In this document: one piece after another, positions 19,261 to 27,580 of the stretch
Layout: the number at the start of each line of letters is the position of its first letter
Position numbering within the stretch: the first letter of the stretch is position 1
NCBI GenBank assembly: GCA_038203825.1
Contig: JBBRDO010000013.1
Coordinates: 265-64,264 of the forward strand
Length of the DNA: 64,000 nt
Reading direction: 5' to 3'
Origin: Chloroflexia bacterium
Lineage (GTDB): Bacteria; Chloroflexota; Chloroflexia; QHBQ01; JADMIH01
Notes under the pieces: generated by a model
What the model was told of the DNA's origin: nothing
Database searches by the model: none
Seen by the model: the letters and a program-made list of their open reading frames with translations, nothing else
Made by a program: the position numbers and the translations under genes

Positions 19261-19440
19261 GCAAGTTGGCCGGTGAAGTCGGCGGTCGCGGCGGCTACTC
19301 TACGGTTACGGGCCGGGGACGCTATATATGTAGCACTAGCCCAGCAACTGGGTCTGCCTGTAGTTAGCTGGGATGGGGAGATAGCGCAGCGCGGCGGTCC
19401 GAGGATAATGGTATTCGATCCCGCCAGCTTCCCCTGGTAG
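19261..19440 (+). pseudogene. PIN-domain (VapC) C-terminal fragment
   Basis: My translation reads ...LRLRAGDAIYVALAQQLGLPVVSWDGEIAQRGGPRIMVFDPASFPW*. The N-terminal half is absent, cut off at the MazG-like gene. Confidence 0.5.
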
Positions 19441-19638
19441 CGTGTTGTGCTGACATGGTTATGTGGTTATAGTGGCTGCACAACTGATCCGTGCCGGAAG
19501 TGTCAGAACTGAGCGCACATAGTTTCCTCTATGGCGCTCGAAGGGTCTAAACCACTCCTATCTACGTTTCTTTCTTGCACACTACACCTTAGCAAAACGT
19601 CTTTTCGACGTGGCTCCCATAGGGGCATCTCAGGGTAT

Positions 19639-19684
19639 TTGACAAAGGGCAAAGGCTGCTCTATAATCCCTGCACACGTGTACA
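19639..19684 (+). promoter_or_regulatory. Consensus sigma-70 promoter plus LacI-type operator for the iol regulon
   Basis: TTGACA (19639-19644), 17-nt spacer, TATAAT (19662-19667). It is followed directly by the near-palindrome TGCACACGTGTACA (19671-19684, central CG). Confidence 0.6.
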
Positions 19685-19801
19685 TCAGCCTTTCGCCATC
19701 CTCTTCCCGTACGCAGCGCAAAAGTGCCTGCAGCCACTTCAATGCGGGGGGTGGCTCGTTCGTCGCCATCGCATAGGAACTACCACTTGGGCGGAAAAGC
19801 C

Positions 19802-20863
19802 ATGTCCCAGAGACGTCCGACTTCCATATCGGATATCGCCAGAGCGGCGGGTGTATCCCACCCCACCGTATCTCGCGCCCTCAATGACAGCCCTTTGATC
19901 AGCGCCGGCGTTCGCCAGCGCATCCAGCGGCTGGCAAAGAACATGGACTACACACCCAATGCCCTCGCGCAGGGTTTGCGCGCCACCCGCTCCCATACCA
20001 TCGGCCTGGTCATGACCTCCATCGCAGACCCCTACTTTTCCGATGTAGTCCGCGGTATTGAAGAAGTAGCCCGGCCTGCCCACTTCTCGCTCTTTCTCAG
20101 CGCGGCGCACAACGACCCCGCCCAACAGATGGCCGCGATAGAGACTTTGCGCCGCAGGCGTGTCGACGGAGTCCTCATGGCCTCAACGCAGCTCAGCACC
20201 CAGATCGAAGAGTATCTCGCACACCTGGGCATACCGACCGTTCTCGTCAACAACGAGACAGACTCGGAAAGCGCGCTCACCAACTGGGTCGTGGTCGACG
20301 ACATAGAAGGCGCTCGCCTCGCCACAGAGCATCTTCAGCAACTGGGGCATAACAAGATCGGGTACATTGGAGTGAACAACCGTCCTCGCTCCAACCGGCA
20401 GCGCACAGAAGGTTACCTCGCAGCACTCGACGCGGCTGGCGTAGCAAGCGATCCATGCTGGGTAGCCATGCCCGCGCAGTCTGGCAGCGTCCTCTCCGAA
20501 GCAGAGGCCGAGGGTCCCACCCACGATGCCCGGGTGGGACGCGCCCAGATGTCTCGTATGCTGGATGCCGGGGTGAGTGCTGTCCTTTGCTTCAATGACA
20601 TGGTTGCGGTCGGGGCGCTGAGATGTTGCCACGAGCTGGGGGTCAGTGTGCCGGGGCAAGTAAGCATCGTCGGGTACGACGATATAGGGCTGGCAGGCTA
20701 CCTGACCCCCTCCCTCACCACTGTCCGCCAGCCCGGTGCAGAACTGGGCCACCTGGCCGCCCGGCTCTTGCTCGACTTACTCGAGGGCCGTCCCGTTCTC
20801 AACCACGTTCTATCTCCCACCCTGGTTAAACGCGAAAGCACCGCAGCCCTGCAACCCTCCTGA
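19802..20863 (+). CDS. LacI-family transcriptional regulator
   Basis: HTH ISDIARAAGVSHPTVSRALN. I start it at the ATG at 19802, because the longer track ORF overlaps the promoter. Confidence 0.9.
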   Translation: MSQRRPTSISDIARAAGVSHPTVSRALNDSPLISAGVRQRIQRLAKNMDYTPNALAQGLRATRSHTIGLVMTSIADPYFSDVVRGIEEVARPAHFSLFLSAAHNDPAQQMAAIETLRRRRVDGVLMASTQLSTQIEEYLAHLGIPTVLVNNETDSESALTNWVVVDDIEGARLATEHLQQLGHNKIGYIGVNNRPRSNRQRTEGYLAALDAAGVASDPCWVAMPAQSGSVLSEAEAEGPTHDARVGRAQMSRMLDAGVSAVLCFNDMVAVGALRCCHELGVSVPGQVSIVGYDDIGLAGYLTPSLTTVRQPGAELGHLAARLLLDLLEGRPVLNHVLSPTLVKRESTAALQPS

Positions 20864-20908
20864 TGCGCGTTCTTAGCCAGGGAAATCACAACACCAAGGC
20901 AGGCCAAT

Positions 20909-21937
20909 ATGCCCGACAAATTGAACATTGGAATTCTCGGTCTCGGACGAATGGGTTACCTGTACGCCGGCACAATAGCGCAGGTGCCCGGCGCTAACCT
21001 CTACGCCGTGGCGGATGTGTCCGAGCAGGCGCGCGCTCGCATAGCCGCTGAGTTCGACGCTCCTCACCTACTCTCCGACCCACAAGACCTGCTCGCACTA
21101 CCGGATCTCGACGGTGTGATAATCGCCACCCCCACCAGCACCCACAAAGACCTTGTGATAGCCGCTGCGAAGGCGAAAAAAGCGGTCTTCTGCGAAAAAC
21201 CCATCGCCCTTACCATCGCCGATACTCATGCCGCCCTCGCCGCCGTAGAGAGCGCGGGCGTGCCGCTGCAAATAGGCTTCATGCGCCATTTCGATGCGGC
21301 CTATGTTCGCGCAAAGGAAATCATAGACAGCGGGCAGATAGGCCGACCTGTAACCTTCAAATCTATCGGTCGCGACCCCTTCTGCCCCAATCCCGCGTTC
21401 GCTGACCCCTCGAAGAGCGGCGGCCTGATCATCGACATGGGCATCCACGATTTCGACCTGGCTCGCTGGCTCATGCAAAGCGAGGTCGAGCGGGTATCTG
21501 CCGAGGGTACGCTGATGGTGTGCGATACCCTGCGCGCGGTCGGCGATATAGACAACGCCGTGATCAACATGAGGTTCGAGAGCGGGGCGCTGGGCAACGT
21601 GGAAGTAAGCCGTAACGCCTTCTACGGCTACGACATCCGCACAGAGGTGCTCGGCTCCGAGGGCGCTGTGAACGTCGGCGTCTACCAGCACACTCCGGTG
21701 CTTCTCCTCACACGGAGTGGCGCGCAGCACGACGTAACGCCCTATCTCATGGAGCGTTTCGGCAGCGCGTATCGCGCTCAGATAAGCCACTTCGTCAACA
21801 GCGTTCTCAGCGGCACTTCACCGGCTGTGGGGAGCAAAGACGCCCTTGCCTCCATCGAGATCGGTATCGCCGCCACCAGATCGCAGCAAGAGGGGCGCCC
21901 CGTCGCCCTCAATGAGGTAAGGCAACCCGTTTCTTAG
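20909..21937 (+). CDS. Gfo/Idh/MocA oxidoreductase, inositol 2-dehydrogenase-like
   Basis: N-terminal Rossmann NIGILGLGRMG and the EKP motif VFCEKPIAL, in an iol gene context. Confidence 0.8.
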   Translation: MPDKLNIGILGLGRMGYLYAGTIAQVPGANLYAVADVSEQARARIAAEFDAPHLLSDPQDLLALPDLDGVIIATPTSTHKDLVIAAAKAKKAVFCEKPIALTIADTHAALAAVESAGVPLQIGFMRHFDAAYVRAKEIIDSGQIGRPVTFKSIGRDPFCPNPAFADPSKSGGLIIDMGIHDFDLARWLMQSEVERVSAEGTLMVCDTLRAVGDIDNAVINMRFESGALGNVEVSRNAFYGYDIRTEVLGSEGAVNVGVYQHTPVLLLTRSGAQHDVTPYLMERFGSAYRAQISHFVNSVLSGTSPAVGSKDALASIEIGIAATRSQQEGRPVALNEVRQPVS

Positions 21938-21963
21938 TGGAGAGGAAAGGAAAAGGGCCCTAG

Positions 21964-23856
21964 ATGCACGAACAGCCAGGAACCGGCCGGCGATTGACGA
22001 TGGCGCAGGCGCTCGTCACTTTCTTGAAGCACCAGTACGTGGAGCGCGATGGCGAGCGCCGGCCCTTTTTTGCCGGCTGCTTCGGCATATTCGGGCATGG
22101 CAACGTGGCGGGCGTCGGCCAGGCCCTTGCCCAGATGCCCGACTTTCGCTACTACCAGGCCCGCAACGAGCAGGCTATGGTGCATACGGCCACCGCTTAT
22201 GCTAAGACCAAGGACCGCCTCCAGACCTTCGCGTGTACCTCTTCTGTCGGCCCCGGCGCGACTAACATGATAACGGGCGCTGCCACCGCCACCATCAACC
22301 GGCTCCCTGTGCTGCTCCTCCCCGGCGATATCTTCGCTCGTCGCAACGTGGCCCCTGTCCTCCAGCAGGTCGAGTGGGAGCACAGCCAGGATTTCTCGGC
22401 CAACGACTGCTTCAAGCCTGTGAGCAGGTATTGGGACCGTATTTACCGTCCCGAACAGCTGCTCACCGCCCTCCCCGAAGCCATGAGAGTGCTCACCAGC
22501 CCCGCCGATACGGGTGCCGTCACTCTGGCTCTGCCTCAGGACGTGCAGGCCGAAGCATACGACTACCCGCTCGGCTTCCTCCAGGAGCGCACCTGGCACG
22601 TGGCGCGCAATCGCCCCGATGCCCGCTCCCTTGTAGAGGCCGCCCAGCTGATCAGCGCGAGCAAGCGCCCCATGATCGTCGCGGGTGGGGGGACCATCTA
22701 CTCAAGTGCTACAGACGCCCTGAAGAGATTCGTTGAGGCCACCGGCATCCCGGTAGGTGAAACCATGGCCGGGAAAGGGAGCCTCCCCTACAGCCACCCT
22801 CTCAACATGGGCGCGGTGGGCGCCACTGGCACGCTGGCAGCGAACCGCATAGCGCGGGATGCCGACCTCATAATAGGAATAGGCACGCGCTACAGCGACT
22901 TCACCACCGCTTCCCGCACCGCTTTCATAAACCCCACGGTCCGTTTCGTCAACATTAACGTGGCCGATTTTGACGCCCACAAGCTTCACGCCCTCCCCCT
23001 CGTGGGTGATGCGCGGGCCACCCTGGAGGATCTGGCGGAAATGCTCAGCGACTTCAGAGTCGACGCCGACTACAGGGTCTACGCGGAAGCCCTGCACAAA
23101 GAGTGGGAAAACGAAGTGGACCGAATCTATGCGATACGCAATACTCCGCTGCCCAGCCAGGGCGAGTTGATCGGCGCCGTAAACGAAACAAGCAGCCCGG
23201 ACGCTATCATGGTATGCGCCGCCGGTAGCTTGCCGGGCGACCTGCACAAGCTCTGGCGGGCCAGGCACCCCAAGAACTACCACATGGAATACGGCAACAG
23301 CTGCATGGGCTACGAAATCGCAGGCGGGCTTGGCGCGAAGATGGCAGCACCCGAACGCGACGTCTATGTCATGGTCGGCGACGGCTCCTACCTGATGATG
23401 AACAGCGAGATCGTTACGTCTATACAGGAGGGCCACAAGCTTATTATCGTCCTGCTCGACAACAGCGGCTTTAAGAGCATCGGCTCTCTTAGCCGCTCGC
23501 TGGGCACACAAGGCTTCGGCACCCGCTACGTGTTCCCCGAGGACGGTGTCCTTCCCGACGACCGCGCCGGCAGCCATGCAGAAACCCTGCCCGTCGACCT
23601 GGCCGCTAACGCCAGGAGCCTGGGCGCGACCGTGATCGCCTGCGCCACTTACGATGACTTCGTCGCGGCGCTCGAATCGGCCAAAGAGACCGACCGCACC
23701 ACGGTAATTTACATCCGCAACGACCGCTACGTGAGCGTGCCCGGCTACGAAAGCTGGTGGGACGTGCCGGTGGCCGAGGTGAGCGAGATGCAATCCGTAA
23801 ACGAGGCGCGCCAAGAGTGGGAAGAGATGAGGGCTAAGGAGAGATCGTTCCTGTAG
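21964..23856 (+). CDS. iolD: 3D-(3,5/4)-trihydroxycyclohexane-1,2-dione acylhydrolase (ThDP enzyme)
   Basis: 630 aa. The N-terminus RLTMAQALVTFLKHQYVERDGE...IFGHGNVAGVGQAL parallels B. subtilis IolD as I remember it. ThDP motif GDGSYLMMNSEIVT. Confidence 0.85.
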   Translation: MHEQPGTGRRLTMAQALVTFLKHQYVERDGERRPFFAGCFGIFGHGNVAGVGQALAQMPDFRYYQARNEQAMVHTATAYAKTKDRLQTFACTSSVGPGATNMITGAATATINRLPVLLLPGDIFARRNVAPVLQQVEWEHSQDFSANDCFKPVSRYWDRIYRPEQLLTALPEAMRVLTSPADTGAVTLALPQDVQAEAYDYPLGFLQERTWHVARNRPDARSLVEAAQLISASKRPMIVAGGGTIYSSATDALKRFVEATGIPVGETMAGKGSLPYSHPLNMGAVGATGTLAANRIARDADLIIGIGTRYSDFTTASRTAFINPTVRFVNINVADFDAHKLHALPLVGDARATLEDLAEMLSDFRVDADYRVYAEALHKEWENEVDRIYAIRNTPLPSQGELIGAVNETSSPDAIMVCAAGSLPGDLHKLWRARHPKNYHMEYGNSCMGYEIAGGLGAKMAAPERDVYVMVGDGSYLMMNSEIVTSIQEGHKLIIVLLDNSGFKSIGSLSRSLGTQGFGTRYVFPEDGVLPDDRAGSHAETLPVDLAANARSLGATVIACATYDDFVAALESAKETDRTTVIYIRNDRYVSVPGYESWWDVPVAEVSEMQSVNEARQEWEEMRAKERSFL

Positions 23857-23916
23857 AGACAAAGGTCGGACGAATAATACCTACCAAATTTGCCTGATAA
23901 CACTGAAGAGGGCACT

Positions 23917-24945
23917 ATGCCATCCAATAAATTGAACATGGGATTGATAGGAGCGGGGCGCATCGGCCGGGTTCATGCCGAAAACCTGTCTCTGCGTATA
24001 CCGACCGCTGACCTGCGCGTCGTGGCCGACGTAGATGCGGCCGCCGCTGCGGTCTGTGCCGCACACTACCGCATCCCTCGCTCGCTAGCCGACTACCGGG
24101 CCATGCTGGACGACCCTGACATCCAGGCGGTCGTGATCTGCTCCTCCACTGATACGCACGCCCGCATAATCGAAGAAGCCGCCAGCGCGGGCAAGCACAT
24201 CTTTTGTGAGAAACCCATCGCCCTGGGCCTTGAAGCCATCGACAGTGCGCTTGCGGCAGTGGAGCGCGCCGGGGTAAAGCTGCAAATCGGCTTCAACCGC
24301 CGTTTCGATGCCAGCTATGCCCGGGTGCGGCACGGGATCGAGCAAGGAGAGATCGGCACTCTGCAACTGCTCCATATCATCAGCCGCGACCCCGGACCCC
24401 CGCCCATCGAATACGTGCGGGTGTCAGGCGGGATGTTCCTCGACATGACGATCCACGACTTCGATATGGCGCGCTTCCTCTCGGGCAGCGAGGCCGAGGA
24501 AGTTTTCACGATGGCGGGCGTGAAAGTCGATCCTGCAATCGGTGAGGCCGGGGACGTGGACACCGCCGTGGTCATGCTCAGGTTCAGCAACGGTGTGATA
24601 TGCACCATTGACAATAGCAGGCGAGCCGTCTACGGCTACGACCAGCGCGTGGAGGCGTTCGGCAGTGGCGGGGCCATAAATACCGCCAACAACTACCCGA
24701 ATGCGGCCGTCATAAGCGACGCCGGGAGCATCAGGCGCGACCTGCCTCTCAATTTCTTCATGGAGCGCTACACCGAAAGCTATCTGAGAGAGATGCAGGC
24801 CTTCGTAGATGCAGTGCTCAACGACAAACCCGTGCCGGTCACCGGCCACGACGGGCGCGTGCCCGTTGTTATGGCACTGGCCGCCGCAAAGTCGCGCCGA
24901 GAAGGTCGACTGGTGCGGCTGAGCGAGATAGACGGTAGCCGGTAA
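23917..24945 (+). CDS. iolG: myo-Inositol 2-dehydrogenase
   Basis: LNMGLIGAGRIGRVHAENL and IFCEKPIAL, Gfo/Idh/MocA fold. The ATG at 23917 is preceded by GAAGAGGG. Confidence 0.8.
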   Translation: MPSNKLNMGLIGAGRIGRVHAENLSLRIPTADLRVVADVDAAAAAVCAAHYRIPRSLADYRAMLDDPDIQAVVICSSTDTHARIIEEAASAGKHIFCEKPIALGLEAIDSALAAVERAGVKLQIGFNRRFDASYARVRHGIEQGEIGTLQLLHIISRDPGPPPIEYVRVSGGMFLDMTIHDFDMARFLSGSEAEEVFTMAGVKVDPAIGEAGDVDTAVVMLRFSNGVICTIDNSRRAVYGYDQRVEAFGSGGAINTANNYPNAAVISDAGSIRRDLPLNFFMERYTESYLREMQAFVDAVLNDKPVPVTGHDGRVPVVMALAAAKSRREGRLVRLSEIDGSR

Positions 24946-24987
24946 AAACAATCCTTTACAGATTTCGAGCCCCCGGAGGACAAGACA

Positions 24988-25800
24988 GTGAGCACACCCC
25001 AACTACGTTTCAGGCCGGAGCAACTAGCCCCCGGCGAAAGTGGCGTCCTCGTGGAGACCACGCCAGGAAAAGCGGGCTGGGAGTACCTCAGCTTCGCCGT
25101 CCGCAGGCTGGCTCAGGGAGAGAAGTGGGCAGGAGATACAGGAGCACAGGAAGCAGCGCTCGTGCTGCTGGGCGGGAAGATCACTCTAGAAGTCAATGGT
25201 GGAAAGTGGCAGATGGGCGAACGCCAAAGCCCTTTTGACGGCTTGCCCTGGTCGGCATACCTGCCGCCGCACACCGCTTATAAAGTGCTCGGCTTGAACA
25301 ATGTCGAGTTTGCTTGGGCGCAAGCCCCTGCCGAAGGCCGCCACCCTGCCCGGTTGATACCACCCGAGGAAGTGACGGTCGAAGCGCGGGGTGCCGGCAG
25401 TACCGCGCGCACGGTGCGACACATGCTCCCCCCGCAGTTTCCCGCCGAGCGCCTCATAATTGTCGAGGTGCTGACCCCGAGTGGCCACTGGTCCAGCTAT
25501 CCCCCTCACAAGCACGATGTAGAGGACTTGCCCCGCGAGAACTTGCTCGAAGAGACCTACTATTACAGGATCGACCCTGACCAGGGATTCGCCCTCCAGC
25601 GAGTCTACGCTCGCGACGGCAGTTGGGACGTGGCGGTTGTATGCGAGGATGGGGACCTGGTGCTCGTACCCGAGGGATATCACCCGGTGGCAGCGGCAGC
25701 GGGCTACAACTGCTACTACCTGAACGCCCAGGCCGGCCCTACGAGAGCCTGGCTGATAAACGAAGATCCGCGCCACGCCTGGATCAAGGGCAAACCGTGA
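24988..25800 (+). CDS. iolB: 5-deoxy-glucuronate isomerase
   Basis: 270 aa cupin with the SSYPPHKHD motif typical of IolB. Confidence 0.8.
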   Translation: MSTPQLRFRPEQLAPGESGVLVETTPGKAGWEYLSFAVRRLAQGEKWAGDTGAQEAALVLLGGKITLEVNGGKWQMGERQSPFDGLPWSAYLPPHTAYKVLGLNNVEFAWAQAPAEGRHPARLIPPEEVTVEARGAGSTARTVRHMLPPQFPAERLIIVEVLTPSGHWSSYPPHKHDVEDLPRENLLEETYYYRIDPDQGFALQRVYARDGSWDVAVVCEDGDLVLVPEGYHPVAAAAGYNCYYLNAQAGPTRAWLINEDPRHAWIKGKP

Positions 25801-25852
25801 TCGTCGATCCGCGATTTCTTGCCGGCCACCGGCCGCTTCAAAGGAACCAACT

Positions 25853-26767
25853 ATGCAGGTAGCGAGCGCCCCCGTTTCGTGGGGCATCACCGAGATCAAA
25901 GGTCTACTGTCCGACCTGCCTTACTCGCGGGTGATGGATGAGATACGCGATGCCGGGTACGAAGGCACCGAACTTGGACCCTGGGGCTTCTACCCACATG
26001 CGCCCGGCAAACTACGCTCGGCCCTCGATGCACGCGGGCTGGCGCTCGTGGGTTCTTTCGTTGATGTGCCTGTCCACGATGCTGCACTCTTTGACGAGGG
26101 CAGGAGGGCCGTACAGCAGGTGCTCCCGCTACTCTCCTCGTTCGCATCGACTCGTGCCACCTCGACCACGCCCGTGCTCATCCTCTCGGCCCGGCAGACC
26201 CCCGAGCGCGCCGCTATAGCGGGCAGGGTCAACGAGAGCGACGGGCTGAGCGCCTCCCAGTGGGAAACGGCCGGTGCATACCTGCGCGAGCTTGCCCACA
26301 TGGGCCGCGATATGGGGCTTGAGGCTACTTTTCACCACCACGCAGGCACATATATAGAAACCGCCGAGGAGATCGAGCGCTTATTTGAGGAGGTTGATCC
26401 TTCCTTGCTCGGCCTGTGCCTCGATACAGGCCATCTCGTGCTGGGCGGGGGCGACAACCTGCCGTTCCTCTCTCGCTACGCTCCCCTCGTCCGCCATGTG
26501 CACCTGAAGAACATCGACCAAAGCGTGCTTGCCCGCGTTCGGGCAGGCAACATGAACTACCTCCAGGCGGTCCAGGCTGGGGTATTCGCCCCCCTTGCAA
26601 CCGGCTGCATCGACATACCGGGAGTGGTGACCCTTCTTCGCACCTCGGGCTACGACGGTTGGCTGGTTGTGGAGCAAGATATCGACCTGAGCCACCCTGA
26701 CCACCTCGATCCGCTCTCCGGCGCGAGAGCGGCCCGCACCTTCATCCGAGAGACAATCGGTGTGTAG
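25853..26767 (+). CDS. iolE: Inosose dehydratase-like sugar-phosphate isomerase/epimerase (TIM barrel)
   Basis: FHHHAGTYIETAEEIERL, LCLDTGHLVLGGGD, HVHLKNID and GWLVVEQD are collinear with IolE motifs as I recall them. Confidence 0.7.
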   Translation: MQVASAPVSWGITEIKGLLSDLPYSRVMDEIRDAGYEGTELGPWGFYPHAPGKLRSALDARGLALVGSFVDVPVHDAALFDEGRRAVQQVLPLLSSFASTRATSTTPVLILSARQTPERAAIAGRVNESDGLSASQWETAGAYLRELAHMGRDMGLEATFHHHAGTYIETAEEIERLFEEVDPSLLGLCLDTGHLVLGGGDNLPFLSRYAPLVRHVHLKNIDQSVLARVRAGNMNYLQAVQAGVFAPLATGCIDIPGVVTLLRTSGYDGWLVVEQDIDLSHPDHLDPLSGARAARTFIRETIGV

Positions 26768-26799
26768 CCGCTGCAGCAGGGGCGACAAGGAGGACTCAC

Positions 26800-27253
26800 A
26801 GACTGATTGGTTTCCCTACCCGCGGCTTGGCGAGTAATCTCCGATTGCTTACCTTTGCAGAGCTGTCTCCCTACCCTACGTTGCGGAGGGGCGGGGACAG
26901 AGTTGCGCCCAGTGACGGCTCTACAGGGCGTGAAGGCCAGTAGCTTGTACGGTTTTGCACCGATGCTGTACCGCCCTACAGCAATTAGGTTTGAGCACGG
27001 AAGATTTATACAATCTAAGCTACTCAATGTGTTTTACGTGGCCTGAGACTTGGAGACCACAACCCAGCGAATGTATCCTACTGTCAAAGTGCGAACTACG
27101 CCCCAGGGCAATAGTGGCATCTAGCATTGGTTAGCTTCCACGTTACGACCCTTATACCACAAGGAGAGACTATCAAAGGCCTAATATGCAACGAACCACA
27201 GCCAATGCGGAGTAGCTATTCTGCAATGCCTGGCTTTAGAGGTTTTCTGTAAG
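26800..27253 (-). pseudogene. Decayed IS200/IS605-type element: left end plus about the first 125 codons of a tnpB paralogue
   Basis: Collinear with the intact tnpB element at 47788-47260 through five blocks. Block 1: 58 nt at 27196-27253 match 47731-47788 with 4 mismatches. Block 2: ATAGTCTCTCCTTGTGGTATAAGGG versus ATAGTCTCTTCTTTGTGATATA..TAGGG. Block 3: codons TWK versus AWK. Block 4: FAGLWSPSL versus EAGRLWSDLV. Block 5: GRY 86 nt versus 90 nt further on, then TNQS. The relic has stops and frameshifts. The lower boundary is uncertain. Confidence 0.6.
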
Positions 27254-27580
27254 AGCACGCTCGGACTGAGTTCGCCTTGCGCTGCTGAGTTGGGGAAATA
27301 ACAGCGAGAAATCCTGCAAAGGGGAGAAATTGGTTTATCCGTAAACCAGTGCGCTTTCGAGATGCACTGGTTCATACATGAACCTCCTGTCTACCCACGA
27401 TCGGCTGATCTAAGTAGCCTAAGCGCATGAGCGAGATGTGGTACAATTGCGAGGGATGCTACTCAAACGTGGGCTGGCGAGGGCCTCAAGCATTCGAGCA
27501 GGCCCGGTCCGGTTGTTCCCACTGTTCACCGTGGAAAGGTAAGCCCATGAAAGCGGCCGCCGGTATATAGGATTACCTCT

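Noticed and set aside
19405-19430. tRNA-like T-loop string TTCGATCCCGCC
   Set aside because: There is no complementary 5' T-stem arm, acceptor stem or anticodon arm around it. The string lies inside the PIN-fragment reading frame.
19503-19769. 88-aa minus-strand ORF upstream of the second LacI gene
   Set aside because: It overlaps a perfect TTGACA-17-TATAAT promoter and operator on the other strand. It has no SD and no recognisable family.
22702-23862. 386-aa minus-strand ORF
   Set aside because: It is entirely antisense to iolD. The composition is Ala/Gly/Arg/Val-rich with no motifs.
27060-27105. Short matches (GGGTTGTG, GTAGTTCGC) between the relic region and the tnpB 3' omega-RNA region, suggesting a retained right end
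   Set aside because: The two matches occur in the opposite order to the intact element and are only 8-9 nt long. This is consistent with chance. The first match is in fact part of the N-terminal coding homology.
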